A stretch of DNA of 64,000 nucleotides, from the NCBI GenBank assembly GCA_951406725.2, contig OX597819.1:18910001-18974000 (forward strand). The letters are read 5' to 3'. The notes beneath the pieces were generated by a model. That model was not told the DNA's origin and made no database searches. It saw only the letters and a list, made by a program, of their open reading frames with translations. Position 1 is the first letter of the stretch. Each line of letters begins with the position of its first letter. The position numbers and the translations under genes were made by a program. This DNA is from Octopus vulgaris. Taxonomy: Eukaryota. Below, piece after piece: positions 26,633 to 40,555 of the stretch.

Positions 26633-26803
26633 CATATATACGACGGGCTTTTTTCAGTTTCCGTCTACCAAATCCACTCACAAAGCATTATTCGGCCCGG
26701 GGCTATAGCAGAAGACACTTGCCCAAGATGCCACGCAGTGGGACTGAACCCGGAACCATCTGGTTGGTTAGCAAGCTACTTACCACACAGCCACTTCTGC
26801 GCC
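26297..26803 (-). mobile_element. SINE family A, full length
   Basis: Reverse complement of 924-1357 with an expanded internal (TA)n. Confidence 0.95.
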
Positions 26804-27390
26804 TATATACTTATATATATTTAGTGGAAAACATTTTTAAATGTTCAAAGAATTGAATGATTGGGGTAGATAATATCAAAAATGATGGGCGAAGAATAAG
26901 AAAATATGTGGATTACTTAAATGTTCGTGTCATGTCGAGTTATAGAATCCGAGGACAAGAGTGCGATAGAAGAAAAGTTGAAAGTAGAGAAAGGAATCTT
27001 TTTCTTTTTTACAGTTTTTGTCGTCTTTAATAATGAGCCTGTTTTTACTTTCGTCAAGTTCGGCGTTCTGCTTGGTTGACCACCCCCCTCTAGGGAATGG
27101 TCGTCAACCGTTCCAGTTGGTTGATTCTCTGAGGATGTCAGTTTGTTTTGTTTCGTTTTTTTTTTCTTTCCGGAGGGTTCGGTTCAGTTCGGAGGTAAAA
27201 TCCCGTTGGTCTAGTGAGAAGTGACGTCAGCAACCAGTGTTTGAGCTATATGGTGTTATTGTATAGTTGATTTAGAATTGCGGTTACGAACCCAGGAGGA
27301 ACACTGTTACCAAAAATTTTCGAATTATGTCTATTGAATCTGCTTGTTGCTTTTTTTAATGGAGAAATTGTATCTTTTTCTTCTTTCTAA

Positions 27391-27688
27391 TCTTTATATA
27401 TAAAAGTGAAGTTGTGTGTCTGTCTCCTACGATTTAGATTCCTAACTACTCCCACATTTTGCGCTGTAGTTTAACCAAAAGCGGGTATCTTATAGTCGTG
27501 ATTCATATCGAGCCCTTCTGGGTATTAGCGCGCGTCTACGATGAGTCTAAGATTAAAAAAAAATTACCATCATTTTTTCCCATTTTTAATGCATTTATTT
27601 TGCTGTTATATAAGGGAAGTAACTCTCTAAAAATGCTTATATAGTTATTTCCCTTACAAATCTGAGCAACGCCGGGCGATACTGCTAG
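27391..27688 (+). mobile_element. Non-autonomous Helitron
   Basis: 5' TCTTTATATATAAAAG. 3' hairpin (tctgagcaacgccggg) followed by CTAG. Inserted between A and T with no TSD. Confidence 0.85.
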
Positions 27689-27694
27689 TTTGTT

Positions 27695-28335
27695 ATAAAA
27701 GAATATTTAGCTGTGGTTTATAGTTTTCAATAAGTATGCATTTCATATTCAATAGAAATTGAGTTGAAGTGTTTCTGTTCCATTGATAGAAAGGGAAAAT
27801 TTTATATTTCGGGTTTATGTCTGCGGAGCATCGGTCTAGTAGTTTGCTTACGGGAAACAGTTGTAATCGTCTGGCCCCGGACTTGTTTCCTGCTTACCGT
27901 CAGTGTTTCCCTCTGGTTCGACGTATCTAGTCTGTATCATACCCTCCACATTTGAGAACATAGATTAAATTCCTTGATACACAGGTGGAGAGATTTTTTT
28001 ATGGTGAAAGTTTGATCTGATTTAAATTTGTATGTTGAGCCCTCCCAAGAGGCAGATGTAAGTTCCTCAGGGCGGTTACAATTTTCGACTAGTGGGGCTG
28101 TATTTCTGGTGGGTAATTTGGCGCTGGTGAGTAACCATTTTAGGGATTATAGTTATCTCCTGCTTTTAGTGATCTCATGTGCTTCCAGTGGTTTTTTCAC
28201 TGGCAGGTCGTTCATGTTTTGGTTGATGACCTAAGCTTCCATGTCCCTCGATTGTGTGTTGATACGTAAGACAAAGTTTTAAGTGTGCCATGGATCTTTC
28301 TTGTCTTTCGTAATTCTTGGAAGTCAATAGTTTTT
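27695..28335 (-). pseudogene. Neptune-like PLE linker and GIY-YIG endonuclease, degraded
   Basis: IDFQELRK..LSYVSTHN, KSRR*L*SLKWLLTSAKL..VENCNRP, YKFKSDQTFTIKNLSTCVSRNLIYVLKCGG, PVSKLLDRCS..PKYKIFPFY, IENYKPQLN. Confidence 0.85.
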
Positions 28336-28360
28336 GCCATGACAAGTTTAGCGAAAAAAA

Positions 28361-28532
28361 GCCCTAACTTTTGCTAACCTTGCCCTGGCATAATTGGAAG
28401 TTCAAATATACGAGCACGTTGGACTGAAATTTGAAGACAGCTTCCAAAAATAATTACTAGTAAACTGGAAACATTACATGGATGATTGTTTATTTCTGTG
28501 ATCCTATAACTTGGAGCCACTCTTAGAATTAA
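28361..28532 (+). pseudogene. PLE reverse transcriptase core fragment, inverted relative to the adjacent endonuclease
   Basis: ALTFANLALA*LEVQIY...NWKHYMDDCLFL* matches PLE APTYANL.MGYLE...W.RYLDDCF..W. Confidence 0.85.
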
Positions 28533-28734
28533 AAAAAAAAAATATATATATATATATAACATATGTGTATAAATGTATATATATATATACATTCATACTT
28601 ACATACATATATACATATATATATGTATACACATATGTGTGTATGTATATATATATATATATACCTATATACATACATAAACACACATATGTATCTACAT
28701 ATATATACACACATAAACATATATATATGTATTA

Positions 28735-28804
28735 TACTAATACATCTGTTTGTTTTGTACACCACGTGTCTTCTTCGTCTTATGTTGTTTTTTTCGTTAA
28801 TCCT

Positions 28805-28807
<3 letters not shown>
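28735..28807 (+). mobile_element. Terminal fragment of the 24313/42374 PLE-type repeat ending at (TA)n
   Basis: tacatctgtttgttttgtacaccac..ctccc followed by tatata. Confidence 0.7.
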
Positions 28808-28861
<54 letters not shown>

Positions 28862-29968
28862 TGTGTGTGTATATACATATATATATATATATTCTCAGAG
28901 TATTTCATGCGAATAAAAGAAGGGGAATATGTCACTCATTTTCTATACGGTTGTTTAAACTACTGCTTCTAAAGAGTTATTTTGTGTTATTATTTATTGC
29001 TTGTAAAGAGTTATTATTAATATTTGGTGGACATTAACTCGTTGCCAACATTATATAAGAACTTGACAAGTGTTCAGAACAATTTCTTCAGACCATAAAC
29101 CTCTAAGAGACTGATGTAAGAAGTTGTCATATTGCAGGAATAAGCGTGAGCCAAAATTTCGCATTCCTTATCACTCTTTCATTACATACAGTTCATTTCA
29201 TATGGTTTTATATGCGTTTTTATCTTTTAGTTAGATTATGAATTGTCGTATTCAGATGAGCATTATTGTACATTTTGTATTTCAGATAAATACTGTCGTA
29301 TCCTTCGATCATTTTCATCAAGCAATGAGCATGTCTGTGTTTGCGAAACCTGACTGAAAAAGCGAAACTTTACAAAGCCTGTCGCCCAACCGGCTGATAT
29401 TTCTTCGATTGATACAGAGTCGTAACGATTATTGTGAGGTGTTGTATTCACAGCTCTAACGACGTGGCTAATTTACGAAGGACAACATGAATGTTTTGTG
29501 GGAATATCAGAAGAGGATAATATTGGTTTTAGTAAAACACAAACAAAATCTGTTATACTAGCTTCTGGAAAATTATGATGTATGAAATAAAACGGATAAA
29601 GCGCAGGAATTGATTATCACCTGTCATTTCATTACAACATTTAAGTGAGTTAATAAATATAGGTTAGTTTTATGAGTAGCTATCAAATGTCAACGTTTGA
29701 TTTATTGGGAATGAATCAATAAGGTGTTTATATGAAATAGGTGATGAGATGGTGCTTGATGTTCCAAATAATTAAGTGCTATATATATAGGCAATGTAAG
29801 GACTTTAACAAGGAGAAATTCCATGTGTTTTTTTCTGACATGTGTAAGTTTTATCGAAATTAGAATGCTATAAACTTACGGCTACTGTTCATTTAGAATA
29901 TCAAATACAACCATGCATAATATAACATAGTTTTAGTATTACAGATGAAATTTCAAAATGATTGCATA

Positions 29969-30328
29969 TGCGTAGGTGTGGCCGTGTGGTAAGTAGCTTG
30001 CTTACGAACCACATGGTTCCGGGTTCAAACCCACTGCGTGGCACCTTGGGCAAGCGTCTTCAACTATAGCCTCGGGCCGACCAAAGCCTTGTGAGTGGAT
30101 TTGGTATGTGTGTGTGTGTGTGCGTGCATGTTTGTGTGTCTGTGTTTGTCCCTCTAGCATTACTTGACAACCGATGCTGGTGTGTTTATGTCCTCATCAC
30201 TTAGCGGTTCGGCGAAAGAAACTGATAGAATAACTACTGGGCTTACAAAGAATAAGTCCCGGGGTCGAATTGATCGACTAAAGGCGGTGCTCCAGCATGG
30301 CCGCAGCCAAATGACAGAAACAAGTAAA

Positions 30329-30392
<64 letters not shown>

Positions 30393-30602
30393 CTGTGTTT
30401 GTTCCCCCCGACATCGCTTGACAACCGATACTGGTGTGTTTACGTACCAGTAACTGAGCAGTTCGGCAAAAGAGACCGATAGAATAAGTACTAGGCTTAC
30501 AAAGAATAATTCCTGGGGTCGATTTCCTCGACTAAAGGTGGTGCTCCAGCATGGCCACAGTCACATGACTGAAACAAGTAAAAGTGTAAAAAGAGTAAAA
30601 AG
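29969..30602 (+). mobile_element. SINE family A with tandemly duplicated 3' half
   Basis: Head at 29969, tail ending ~30331, second 3' half at 30380-30602. Confidence 0.9.
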
Positions 30603-30914
30603 ATTGTCGAAGCAATTTCTTCATTCGTCTAATTTACATGTTAATATTAATTTACATCAATTACAGTTCTTAATATTTCCCCACCTAAGAAAAATAAAAA
30701 ATAAAAAACAAACACCAGTGCACTATTTCATATTCATATATATAAATATGTATGTTTAAACACACACGCACGCTTATATGTACGTATTATGTATGTATGC
30801 ATGTATATGTATCTACATATATATATATAACATATAATATATAAATATATGCATATATACATACACATACATGTACATACCTACTTATATATATGTATAT
30901 ATACATGCATATAT

Positions 30915-31445
30915 GGGTGCAGGACATCAAAATCTTGTAGACAAAATGGAAACGAGAACATAAAAAACAAAAACACAGAAAACGAACTTTTTTCGAACAA
31001 CGAAAGAAACAAACAGATAAAGGAGACAGGCAACATAAAGGACATTCCCTTCATCAGTTGTCCCCTGTTTTATCTACTCTGCATTACGAAGGTAGGAACA
31101 AGACGCGCCTCCCTTAAAACAGTCTTTCCTGCAATGCAAATTAAATAAAATTTGGGATGTCTTGCGGAGGGTTAAACTGGTAACAAAAATAGGATAGTGA
31201 GAACAAAACAGTAAAAACACAAGGTGAGGGCTGCTAAACCAAGATGATGTGAAGTGGTGAACGCTGGAAAAACGAGCTTTGAGAAGAGACAGGTAAAAGC
31301 TCGTCATGTATTTAGGAAGGAAGTGGAATAAAGAAAGATGGATAGCCGTAGGACACGTGTGAGCAACGAAAAAGTTAAGGAGGACGAGTGAGAGAGAGAA
31401 GGAGGGGGACGGTGAAGGGGAGAGGATAGGTATATAACTCACAGG
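30915..31445. mobile_element. Unclassified repeat abutting a TA-rich tract, possibly PLE-derived
   Basis: Sharp TA|GGG boundary and strong purine skew like the other TA-anchored repeats. No protein motif found. Confidence 0.35.
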
Positions 31446-32976
31446 CTGAATGTTTTGTGCGTTGGCACTTTCAAATTATTTTCATGCCAAACTCACGAGT
31501 TCCTAATACTTCAATACTTGTTTCTGGTGTTTTTTATTATCCCATATTTCCCAATAAATATCTTTCTTATAAATTTCTCTAATAATTTTCCAGCTAATCT
31601 TCATTTCCCAATATACAGAAGCACACACCGACACACAATCGACATCCGACGTTTATACAGGAAACTTCATAATGCAAGCATAATGAAAACGTGTAGCGCA
31701 AAAACGCTTCTGCATTTCGAAAATTATTGCTTACATCAACATCGCATCCAGTCCACCATGATTTTCATATTTTAATGTGAGAGTATGTTTACTGACTAGT
31801 TTTCGAAACTACTAAAAAGAATGTAACTTCCTAAAATACACACGATACGATGAATTTATCCCTTCAGTTTGGTATTATTACAATAAACAAAAATTTATGC
31901 TAATTTTGTAATCCAATTTCCCACTACCATATTTCTGCATGATCATTCTCCTCGCATTCTGATCACTTCTTTTTATAGCGGTGACAGATGTCCATTATTT
32001 AACTTAAACTCTATTGTTGTTAGTTATGCAATCTCTGATAATTGGATGATGTATACATTTCTGTATAAAATAGTTATTGAAAATGAAACACCCGTGAGAT
32101 GAAATGAATTAACGTAGAAGCTTAACCCTTAACATATTCTAATCACACAACCACACACGCACGCACACAGAAAACATTCATACGTGTGAATGTATAAATA
32201 TATTTGAATATATATGCATGTGTATCTCAATGTAACTATATTTGAACACATATAAATATATATGTGTTCGTGCGTGTGAGTGAGTGTGTGTGTGTTTGTG
32301 TACTGCTCTTATAGTGTATTTGGAACCGTAGGTAAATTTCGTCTGAAGGACATACTTCCTTGAAAACGTTATATGTTGGTTGTGAGTGCATATAATATGT
32401 TGTCTCATGTGAGGAAACTTCGAAATCTTGTATACACACACTGACACAAACCACACACACATACAGGCAAGCACTTACAAATACACACGAACACATAGAC
32501 ATATATACATAGATAGACAGATAGACAGATGGATGTTACATATTATATACGAGTTTTATATATTTTTATATACGTATACGTTTGTGTTATTATCAAGGGT
32601 AATTCTGTGATTGAAACTTAACTGACTGCTCTATGTTGTATTTTCTTCTTACTCTCAGACTTTTTGAGAAGTTGTAACGCGACCTTATCAAGTGTGAGAA
32701 ATATCACAGCTGATCTATCTGTTTAATCATATTTCGATAAATCTTTTTGCCAAACGGTTTCCGTTCGTGTACAAATCATTGGCCTCAAGTGCTAAGTTTG
32801 TACTAAGTGTACCATCCGCTGCAAGAAACACCGTTGAAGGAGCTTCGTCCATCAAAATTGTCATCAATCCCCGTCCGCACCGCAATAAGTCTCGCTGCTT
32901 TGCTTTCGTCTTATATTGCAGAATCCATCTCTTACATTATCTCTCTGCACGTTTTCTCTATAATAGTCCCCTTTAT

Positions 32977-33016
<40 letters not shown>

Positions 33017-33334
33017 GCACTCCCTCTCTCGCAGTGTTTATGTGTGTGTGTCTGTCTTTCTTTGTTCCTCTTCACAATCCTTCATCTTTCTCTCACACAC
33101 TCCCTTAATCATTCTTTCTCTCACTCAATCATTCCCATTTTTATTTTTCAGTTTTGCCGGGTTGGTATATATATATAGTAAGAAGTTATTTTCCCAGTAA
33201 TTGAAACTAGAATATGTTCTAAGATATTTCCAAAAATTATTGAGAAATCAAGATTCTGTATTGACAAAATATACGTTTATATATATATAAATATGCATGT
33301 ATGTACGCTCGTATCTATTTAATTATATTGCATA

Positions 33335-34217
33335 CTAGCATCAAAGACCCGTCGTTGCCGGGTCATAGTGCTAGTGCATGTATATATGTGTATATATATG
33401 TGTACATATTACATGTACATCTATATATATATACATCTACACATAAAATGCAAAATACAATGTTATATCTTGATATCGCTAGTGATAACAATACTCAAAA
33501 TATATAATAGACTGGAATTGTTAGCTCTTCTTTTTTCTCTACATTGTATACTTTATAGACAATAGTATTTTCTTTATTTAATTTAATTTTTTTTATTATC
33601 CATCATGACTATTCCATTTCTGCACGCTAATTTTATTTTTAATTTATTCCCATTCATGTGAAACCACTTATTCAAGTTCAAATCATTGATACAATTTTAT
33701 GCCAATTGCTATTTTTACTTTTGTATGTTACGATTATATTATACTTTAGTTTGGTTCTAATTATTACTTACTACATATAATTCAATTGTTATCATTATTT
33801 TTATTGTTAAAGTGAAAGCATCTGACATAAAATAGAGAAATATTTTTGTTTCACTTTTAACACGTAATACTGAAATAGTGGAGAAGATATGACATTGCTA
33901 TGGGCTCGCTCTAGGCAAGAAGTTGAACATTTTTTTTTTGCCCATAAAACTACGTGGGCCCTAAGTAAGGCATGTGTAAACTTTGAATGAAATTGGTTGT
34001 GTAGTTCTCAAGTTTTAGGGAATCGAAGTGGAGAAGATATATTGCTTTGGGCTCGCCCTAGGAAAAAGTTAAATTTTTTTTGCCGATGGCACTCCCTGGA
34101 CCCTACGTAGGGCATGTGTAAAATTTGAATAAAATTGGTTGTGTAGTTCTCAAGTTTTAGGGACAGACAGACAGACAGACAGACACACACACATTCTCAG
34201 TTTTATATATATAAAGA
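33335..34217 (-). mobile_element. Non-autonomous Helitron with ~150-bp internal tandem repeat
   Basis: Minus-strand 5' TCTTTATATATATAAAAC. 3' GACCCGgcaacgaCGGGTC hairpin then CTAG. A|T insertion site. Repeat units at ~33878-34021 and ~34028-34162. Confidence 0.88.
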
Positions 34218-34677
34218 TGTATGATGCATGCATATGTATATGTATGCATGCATGTTTATATGTATGTAAATTTTAGAGTAACAAACTGTTTCTCGAGTTT
34301 ATCTTTGTTTTAAAAATGTAGTTATGTGTGTGTGTATGTGACTGCTTGTGTATGTTAGTGTTTAAGCGCGTGTCATGTCTTTGGCGTCCATCGACAGCGT
34401 AACTTTTATCATCTTTGGCATACTCTCTCAGTGGTTGTGTTGATGTGAATATAAATGTTCGTCTATCGACTTTATGTAATACATTTTTTATTCTCTCCCT
34501 TCCTCTCTCTCTCTCTCCCACCCTCTCTGTATACTATATACAATCTGACTCGAAAAATCCTTCAACCAACTTGTATGTCGTTATAATTTAAATAGAGAAC
34601 ATTGTTAAACATTATCTTTAATTAGAAAATTACTATTTGTAAATCTCACAACGAGAGATATTCAGCAACATTACTTT

Positions 34678-35071
34678 GGAGTAAAGATTATTTGCCAACA
34701 TAAAATGGCAGTCCTGGCTTAAGGCGAATGTTGCTGTAATTTAGCCCCAGAAGACATCCTCTCCAACTGGCTATACAACACGATCTATATCATTATATTT
34801 TCGAAGACAATCAAGCACCCAACGGGAATTTGGCAGCGCCACCTCTAGCCGAACAATTATCCTGTGCTGAGGAAGGGAAATAACCCGAAAATCGCTGTAC
34901 ATAGATATTTTTTTGAGCTGAGTGAGGGTGCTAGATTCCCTTGTTCAAAAGTATAAGGACACAGATCGTGTTGCATAGCCATCTGGAGACGATGTCTTCC
35001 GGGGCTAAATTACAGTAACATTCGTCCTAAACCAGGACTGCCATGTTATGTTGGCAAATAATCTTTACTCC
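34678..35071. mobile_element. Foldback MITE with ~145-bp TIRs
   Basis: GGAGTAAAGATTATTTGCCAACATAA... is mirrored at 35071. Arms are 34678-34821 and 34926-35071. TTT on both flanks. Confidence 0.9.
34862..34904 (+). ncRNA. Minimal type I hammerhead in the MITE spacer
   Basis: CUGUG CUGAGGA A GGG aaauaa CCC GAAA aucgcug U A CAUAG. Confidence 0.75.
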
Positions 35072-36161
35072 TTTATCTTTAACGATTCACTTCGTACAAT
35101 CATTATGCTTCAAGTTTGTTTTTTTTTTGCCAAAAGTAAGCAATAAAACATAGCAAATAACTTAGGAGAATATTGAGAATTGTAATAATTCCCTTTATTA
35201 GTATATTTTCTGTCGCTCTGTGACCAAGGAATAGCTACAGCTCTCTAAAATCCCATACTACTCAAAAAGAAAACGAAAATGGCACATTTACGAAATCTTG
35301 TTTGGTGTTAAATATAACGGAGTCAATACGGTGGGACCACATTTGTTCTTTGGCTTACACAACCAATGTAGAAATTAACAGACGGAGCAGTATTTGCGAA
35401 GTTCCTCGTAGAATTATCCTTCGGAGACTGATGATGATTCGTTGAAGTTGCGACATTGGGGTGCGACAGAAACATGAATACTTTTGAGTAGTGATCGTCT
35501 TGTATTAGCTTATAGAATTTTCCAAAATATTACATCTTCTACGATACCAGTGTTCATCAACGTTCAGCATCTCTCCTAGTCATCCGTGCAATGTGTACAG
35601 AAACGTTCTTTTTCGTCTTGTGATCCTGCCATGAAATATCATCGCGAGTCTTCATGAGAAGCGTGGTTTCTATATAATCTTGGTGATCTTCAACTACATT
35701 TTACCTATTTCGAGCAGAGTGCCTTGAAAATATTTCCATTTCTAATGTGTTCTAGAAACATGCCATTGCTTAAAAACGAGAGGACATGATCGATAAATTA
35801 TTTCTTGAAACAATTAGGAATAAAGATTGTCTCACGTGTGACCCCATTGACCATCGACGAAGGAGGAACTGCAGTTAAGCATCATCTTGAGTAAAGAAAT
35901 AATAACGATCTGATTTGTAGTTGAGTTAGTGAAGTTGATAGGCCAGATGAGTAAAAAGACAAAACCTATTTATAATAATTTCAAATTTTTCGCCAACCAC
36001 ACACACGCACAGACACGCATACACACGCACATACACATGTTGAAACTATGATGAGAAGCCTTAACTGACTTCCGAACTTAGTGGGTTCCGTCAGACGTAT
36101 CGGCATCAATTTGACTGTCCCCAAAGAAATTAGAGGCCAATATGTTTATATACTAATCAAG

Positions 36162-36633
36162 AGGCAGGCGAGTCTATGTGGTAAGAAGTTTGCCTCTCAG
36201 CCACATTGCTCTGGGTTCAGTTCCACTGCGTGGCACCTTGGGCAATTTTTTTTTGCTTTTGAAACTATAGCCTCGGGCTGACCAAAGCTTTGTAAGTTGA
36301 TTTGGTAGACGGAAATAGAAAGAACCCTTTCCTACAAACATATATGTGTGTGTGTGTGCGCATGTGTGTGAACGTCTACGTGTGTATTTGGTGGCATCTA
36401 TACGTGTGTCTTTGTGTTTCTGTTTGTTCTCCACCACACACTGACAAGGGTTAGTGGTGTGTTTACGTCCCGTAACCTAGCGGTTTGGCAAAAGGCACCG
36501 ACAGAGTAACTTCCAGATATTCAAAAAGAAAAAAAAAAGGATCGGAGATCGATTCGTTCGACTAAAATTTATTAGTAATGGTGCTGTGCATGGCCGCTCC
36601 CTTAAGAATGAAAGAAGTAACAGATAACAAAAG
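36162..36633 (+). mobile_element. SINE family A, diverged
   Basis: tgtggtaagaagtttgc..gggttcagttccactgcgtggcaccttgggcaa..gcatggccgc. Confidence 0.85.
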
Positions 36634-36934
36634 ACTAATAATTTTCAGAGACCCGGGGTATTATTTTGTACACTGTAATTATTTAGCACTTTATTCGATA
36701 TCAAGGTCCGTTCAAAGGGGCCCCGATCCGCACAGTCTCAATATATGTAGACTATGCTGTAGATATAGTAATATTTTAAACAATTAGCTATTTCTCTGTA
36801 GATTGAAAACGATAATGAAAAACCATAATAGATTTTCGACCATTATAGTCTCCCATTAACGCTGTCTACCACTATTTGAATATATGCATCTAATTATGTA
36901 TGTATGAATGTATGTATGCCTACATGAATGTATG

Positions 36935-36966
<32 letters not shown>

Positions 36967-37769
36967 TGTATGTATGTATGTATGTATGTATGTATGTATG
37001 TATGAGAGAATGAGTGTATGCATCCGGTATAAATATAGTTGAAGCAGTAATAATGAAAGTAGCAATCTCTGTATCATACTTAATGCATAGACAGGGTTGA
37101 GAGGCAGTTTACTGCGATATTCTTTTGAGAGAGCAGCTCTTACGGACGTGCGATTTGTAAAATGCAATGTATATCAGTAGGAAAGAAGGGGAGAAAAAAA
37201 ATATTCCCAGCAGAGAAGAGCGAGGACGTCAGATGCATTTCGAAACTTAATTGGGCGACATTAATAAAGCTAACTAACAACAAGAAACAGGTCGAGACGA
37301 GATTTGTCATTTGTGTTGTAGGAAACAATGATTAAAAGATTTAATGTTATTGGGAATAGCCACCAATAGTCACACATGCGCATACAAACCCATGAAACAG
37401 AGAGAGAGAGAGAGAGTGGCGAGAGGGGGCAAAGTGAGGGGCAAGAGAAAGAGAAAGTGATGTATGAAGAAAATGTTCATGCCTTATCCAAATTTATGCT
37501 GCTAATTAAATCGTTGAATAATGCAATGGAATAAAATGGTCACCCACATAATGTCAGGGAGGTCGATCTGATCTTTTGAATATCCTTTCTGTCTCTGGAC
37601 GCAATGATTAAAAAAAAATAAATGGTATGGCTCTTCTTTTACAGCATTAGCTCTATGAAAGTCTGTAAACTTTAATATTTGATAATATTCGATACAGCCA
37701 ATAATTAGCTAAAACAAATTGAATATCCCATTGAATAGCCGAAAATTTTGGAAATGATATATACATAGA

Positions 37770-37805
<36 letters not shown>

Positions 37806-37911
37806 CATACATATAAAGATATATACATAGATATATATACACACATACATATATATGTATATATACACATACATATATATATATATATATCAATGTATGT
37901 GTGTGTGTTTG

Positions 37912-38055
<144 letters not shown>

Positions 38056-38381
38056 GAAGGCGTGACATACGTTTATCTGATATGAATCAGGATACGTCAT
38101 GCGCGAGTATGTGCATTTTATGTACGCAATGCTTTACAAAAATATTCCTCTATAGAATATGTCCGTATTAATCACTATAATCGTATTTTAGCATATGAAT
38201 TACAGGGGTTGATATCGCAATATCTATATCCGCATTAGGATCTAGAAGAGTAAAGTAAATATTAAATTTTGTGAAAAGCCAAAAGCATATTACAGAAATA
38301 ATTTGTGACAGCCTCCAATTTACACCCCCCTCATTAATCCTCTCACTCCTTCCATCAATCTCTCTGTCTCATTCACTCTCT

Positions 38382-38420
<39 letters not shown>

Positions 38421-38677
38421 CACTATGCACTTAATGTTCTGCATACAAAAGTATATTCGCGCTTATATACAGAAAATCACACGTACTGGTAAGTATGCAT
38501 ACAGTCATATATACTTAATATCTATCGCGACACCTTGGGCTATAAAGAATAGTTTCCGAGTTCCATAGATTATAATTGACAGAGATCACAGTAGTCTTCC
38601 TGTTAAATGAATATAAATGTATACATCCATATACAAATATATGCATGTCGACATATATATATATATATATATATATA

Positions 38678-39340
38678 CTAGCAGCATAGCCCGGCGTTGC
38701 CCGGGTATGTAAGAGCCCCTAGTAGGCAACGACTAATCCCAATCTAGTCCTTTCCCTCTAGGGAACGAAGGCGCATGTGTAGGTTGCAATGTCTTCTCTT
38801 CAATCCCAAATAACTATCAAACAGCTATCGATAATTCAACCCAACCAATTCCTACCATGAAGAAATTACATTCGAGACTTTACCCCCAACAGCGCCACTT
38901 CTGCTGCAGCCGCAAGTTATTTGAATAGTTTTTTTGTTTACACTTTCTTTATAACTACCAACCTAAACGTTTTACCTTAAACTTTTGACGTACCCTAAGG
39001 GTCCTCGGACGCTACTTGCAAACTTTTGGGTTATTATAAATCGCTTTTGTCGTGTGCACCAAAAAAACCTTTTCCATTCGTTTGTTCAGTTTGGTCACTT
39101 TTGACTTTTTTGTTGTTGTCACTCACATTGCTGCCCGCTTTTTTGCCGTTTTTGTACATTTTTATACATTTTGGGATACTTACCCCACGTGTTCCGAGAG
39201 TTAAAAAGGTCGAGTTGCGTCCCCTAGACAGTCTGTAGAAAATGTGTTGCATGTAAAAAGCTTAGATTCTCGACTCATGTCGAATTTATCGATTTTTTTT
39301 CAGAACTGGGGGAACTTTTCAAAATTTTCGCTGCGTTAGT
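38678..39340 (-). mobile_element. Helitron 3' portion (5' end not seen)
   Basis: Minus strand ends CCCGGgcaacgCCGGG-ctatgctg-CTAG followed by T. Confidence 0.75.
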
Positions 39341-39436
39341 TCTTTCCTTCTTTCCTGAGCGTCCAATGATACTATACTTGTTCCACGTCCCCGCGTGGTT
39401 GCGTTTTCTCTTTGTGTTTTCATGTTTGGATTAACT
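39341..39436 (+). mobile_element. 3' fragment of the 22200 PLE-type repeat ending at (TA)n
   Basis: ttcctgagcgtccaatgatact..tgtttggattaac followed by tatata. Confidence 0.75.
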
Positions 39437-39499
39437 ATATATATATATATATAAGAATTTTATATATATATATGTCATTCTGGTATACTGTTATATGTG

Positions 39500-40295
39500 T
39501 TTTAGCCCTAAGGCTGACGTCATACTGGCGCATCGCCTGTGTAATTACGTTTTGGTGAAGGAGGGAGTTCGACACAGCTGCCGTATTTTGAGCTTTCTGC
39601 CTTGATATTGACTTATCAGTGATCTTGGATATCAAGAAGTGAAGATGCTTCTCGAAGACATCTGCCACCACTCTCTGGACACCCTTCAGATGTTTTGGCA
39701 AGGCGTTCAATACCTGTGTGCTCTTGAATCCCAAGCTATTGCAGTACATTGTCCTCATCTTAGATGGGACAGCTGGGAAATTTGAAAGAGTGCATTGACA
39801 TTAAATTCAAGATCTGGTATTACTCACAATTCGAAAGTTTGGTGCCGGCCCCTCAACTATCTCCCACATAGATATCACTGCATACCTTTTCCGTGTTCGC
39901 TCTAGGGTGTAGAGTCGTAGCTCTTTCAGACTCTCTCATTAGCCCAGCTGTTCCATTGATGCAATTCCGCTATCAATCCGCTATCAATCCGACACTGTAA
40001 AGTGACCACAGTTGAGGGCAGTAGTTCAGACCGCTGTGGATAAATGTCCTCCATAGGAACAGCAGAGTTTCCCGGCCACTTTTTCTGAAGGTGCTCAGAA
40101 TCCGTCCGGCTATTCGCGTGCAAACTAGGCACCATGCATGTGAAACGCGGTATCGTTGCTCATATCAATCCCAAGATCACGCACCGTATGTGATTCTAGG
40201 ATTCTTGATCCTTTTGGCCCAAAGTATCGGTGTTGCGACTTCTGAGCACTAATTATCTGGCAATTTGCCTGCATCAAATTGCACGTTGTTGTCTT
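39500..40295 (-). pseudogene. CR1-group LINE RT C-terminal region, degraded
   Basis: VRDLGIDMSNDTAFHMH, ELRLYTLERTRKRYAVISMWEIVEG, YCNSLGFKSTQVLNALPKHLK..DVFEKHLHFLISKITDK. Confidence 0.8.
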
Positions 40296-40378
40296 CAGCC
40301 CATTTATATATAGCGTCTCTCTCTTTCTGTGTCTATATACATACAGAGATATAGATACGGAGAAAGATTGACATGACG

Positions 40379-40425
<47 letters not shown>

Positions 40426-40484
40426 CATACACACACGCACACATATATATACATACATACATACACACACATACACACAAACAT

Positions 40485-40555
<71 letters not shown>

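Noticed and set aside
31035-31125. CUGAUGA on the minus strand as a hammerhead or SECIS
   Set aside because: No downstream stem II plus GAAA, and no SECIS helix with apical AA at the right spacing.
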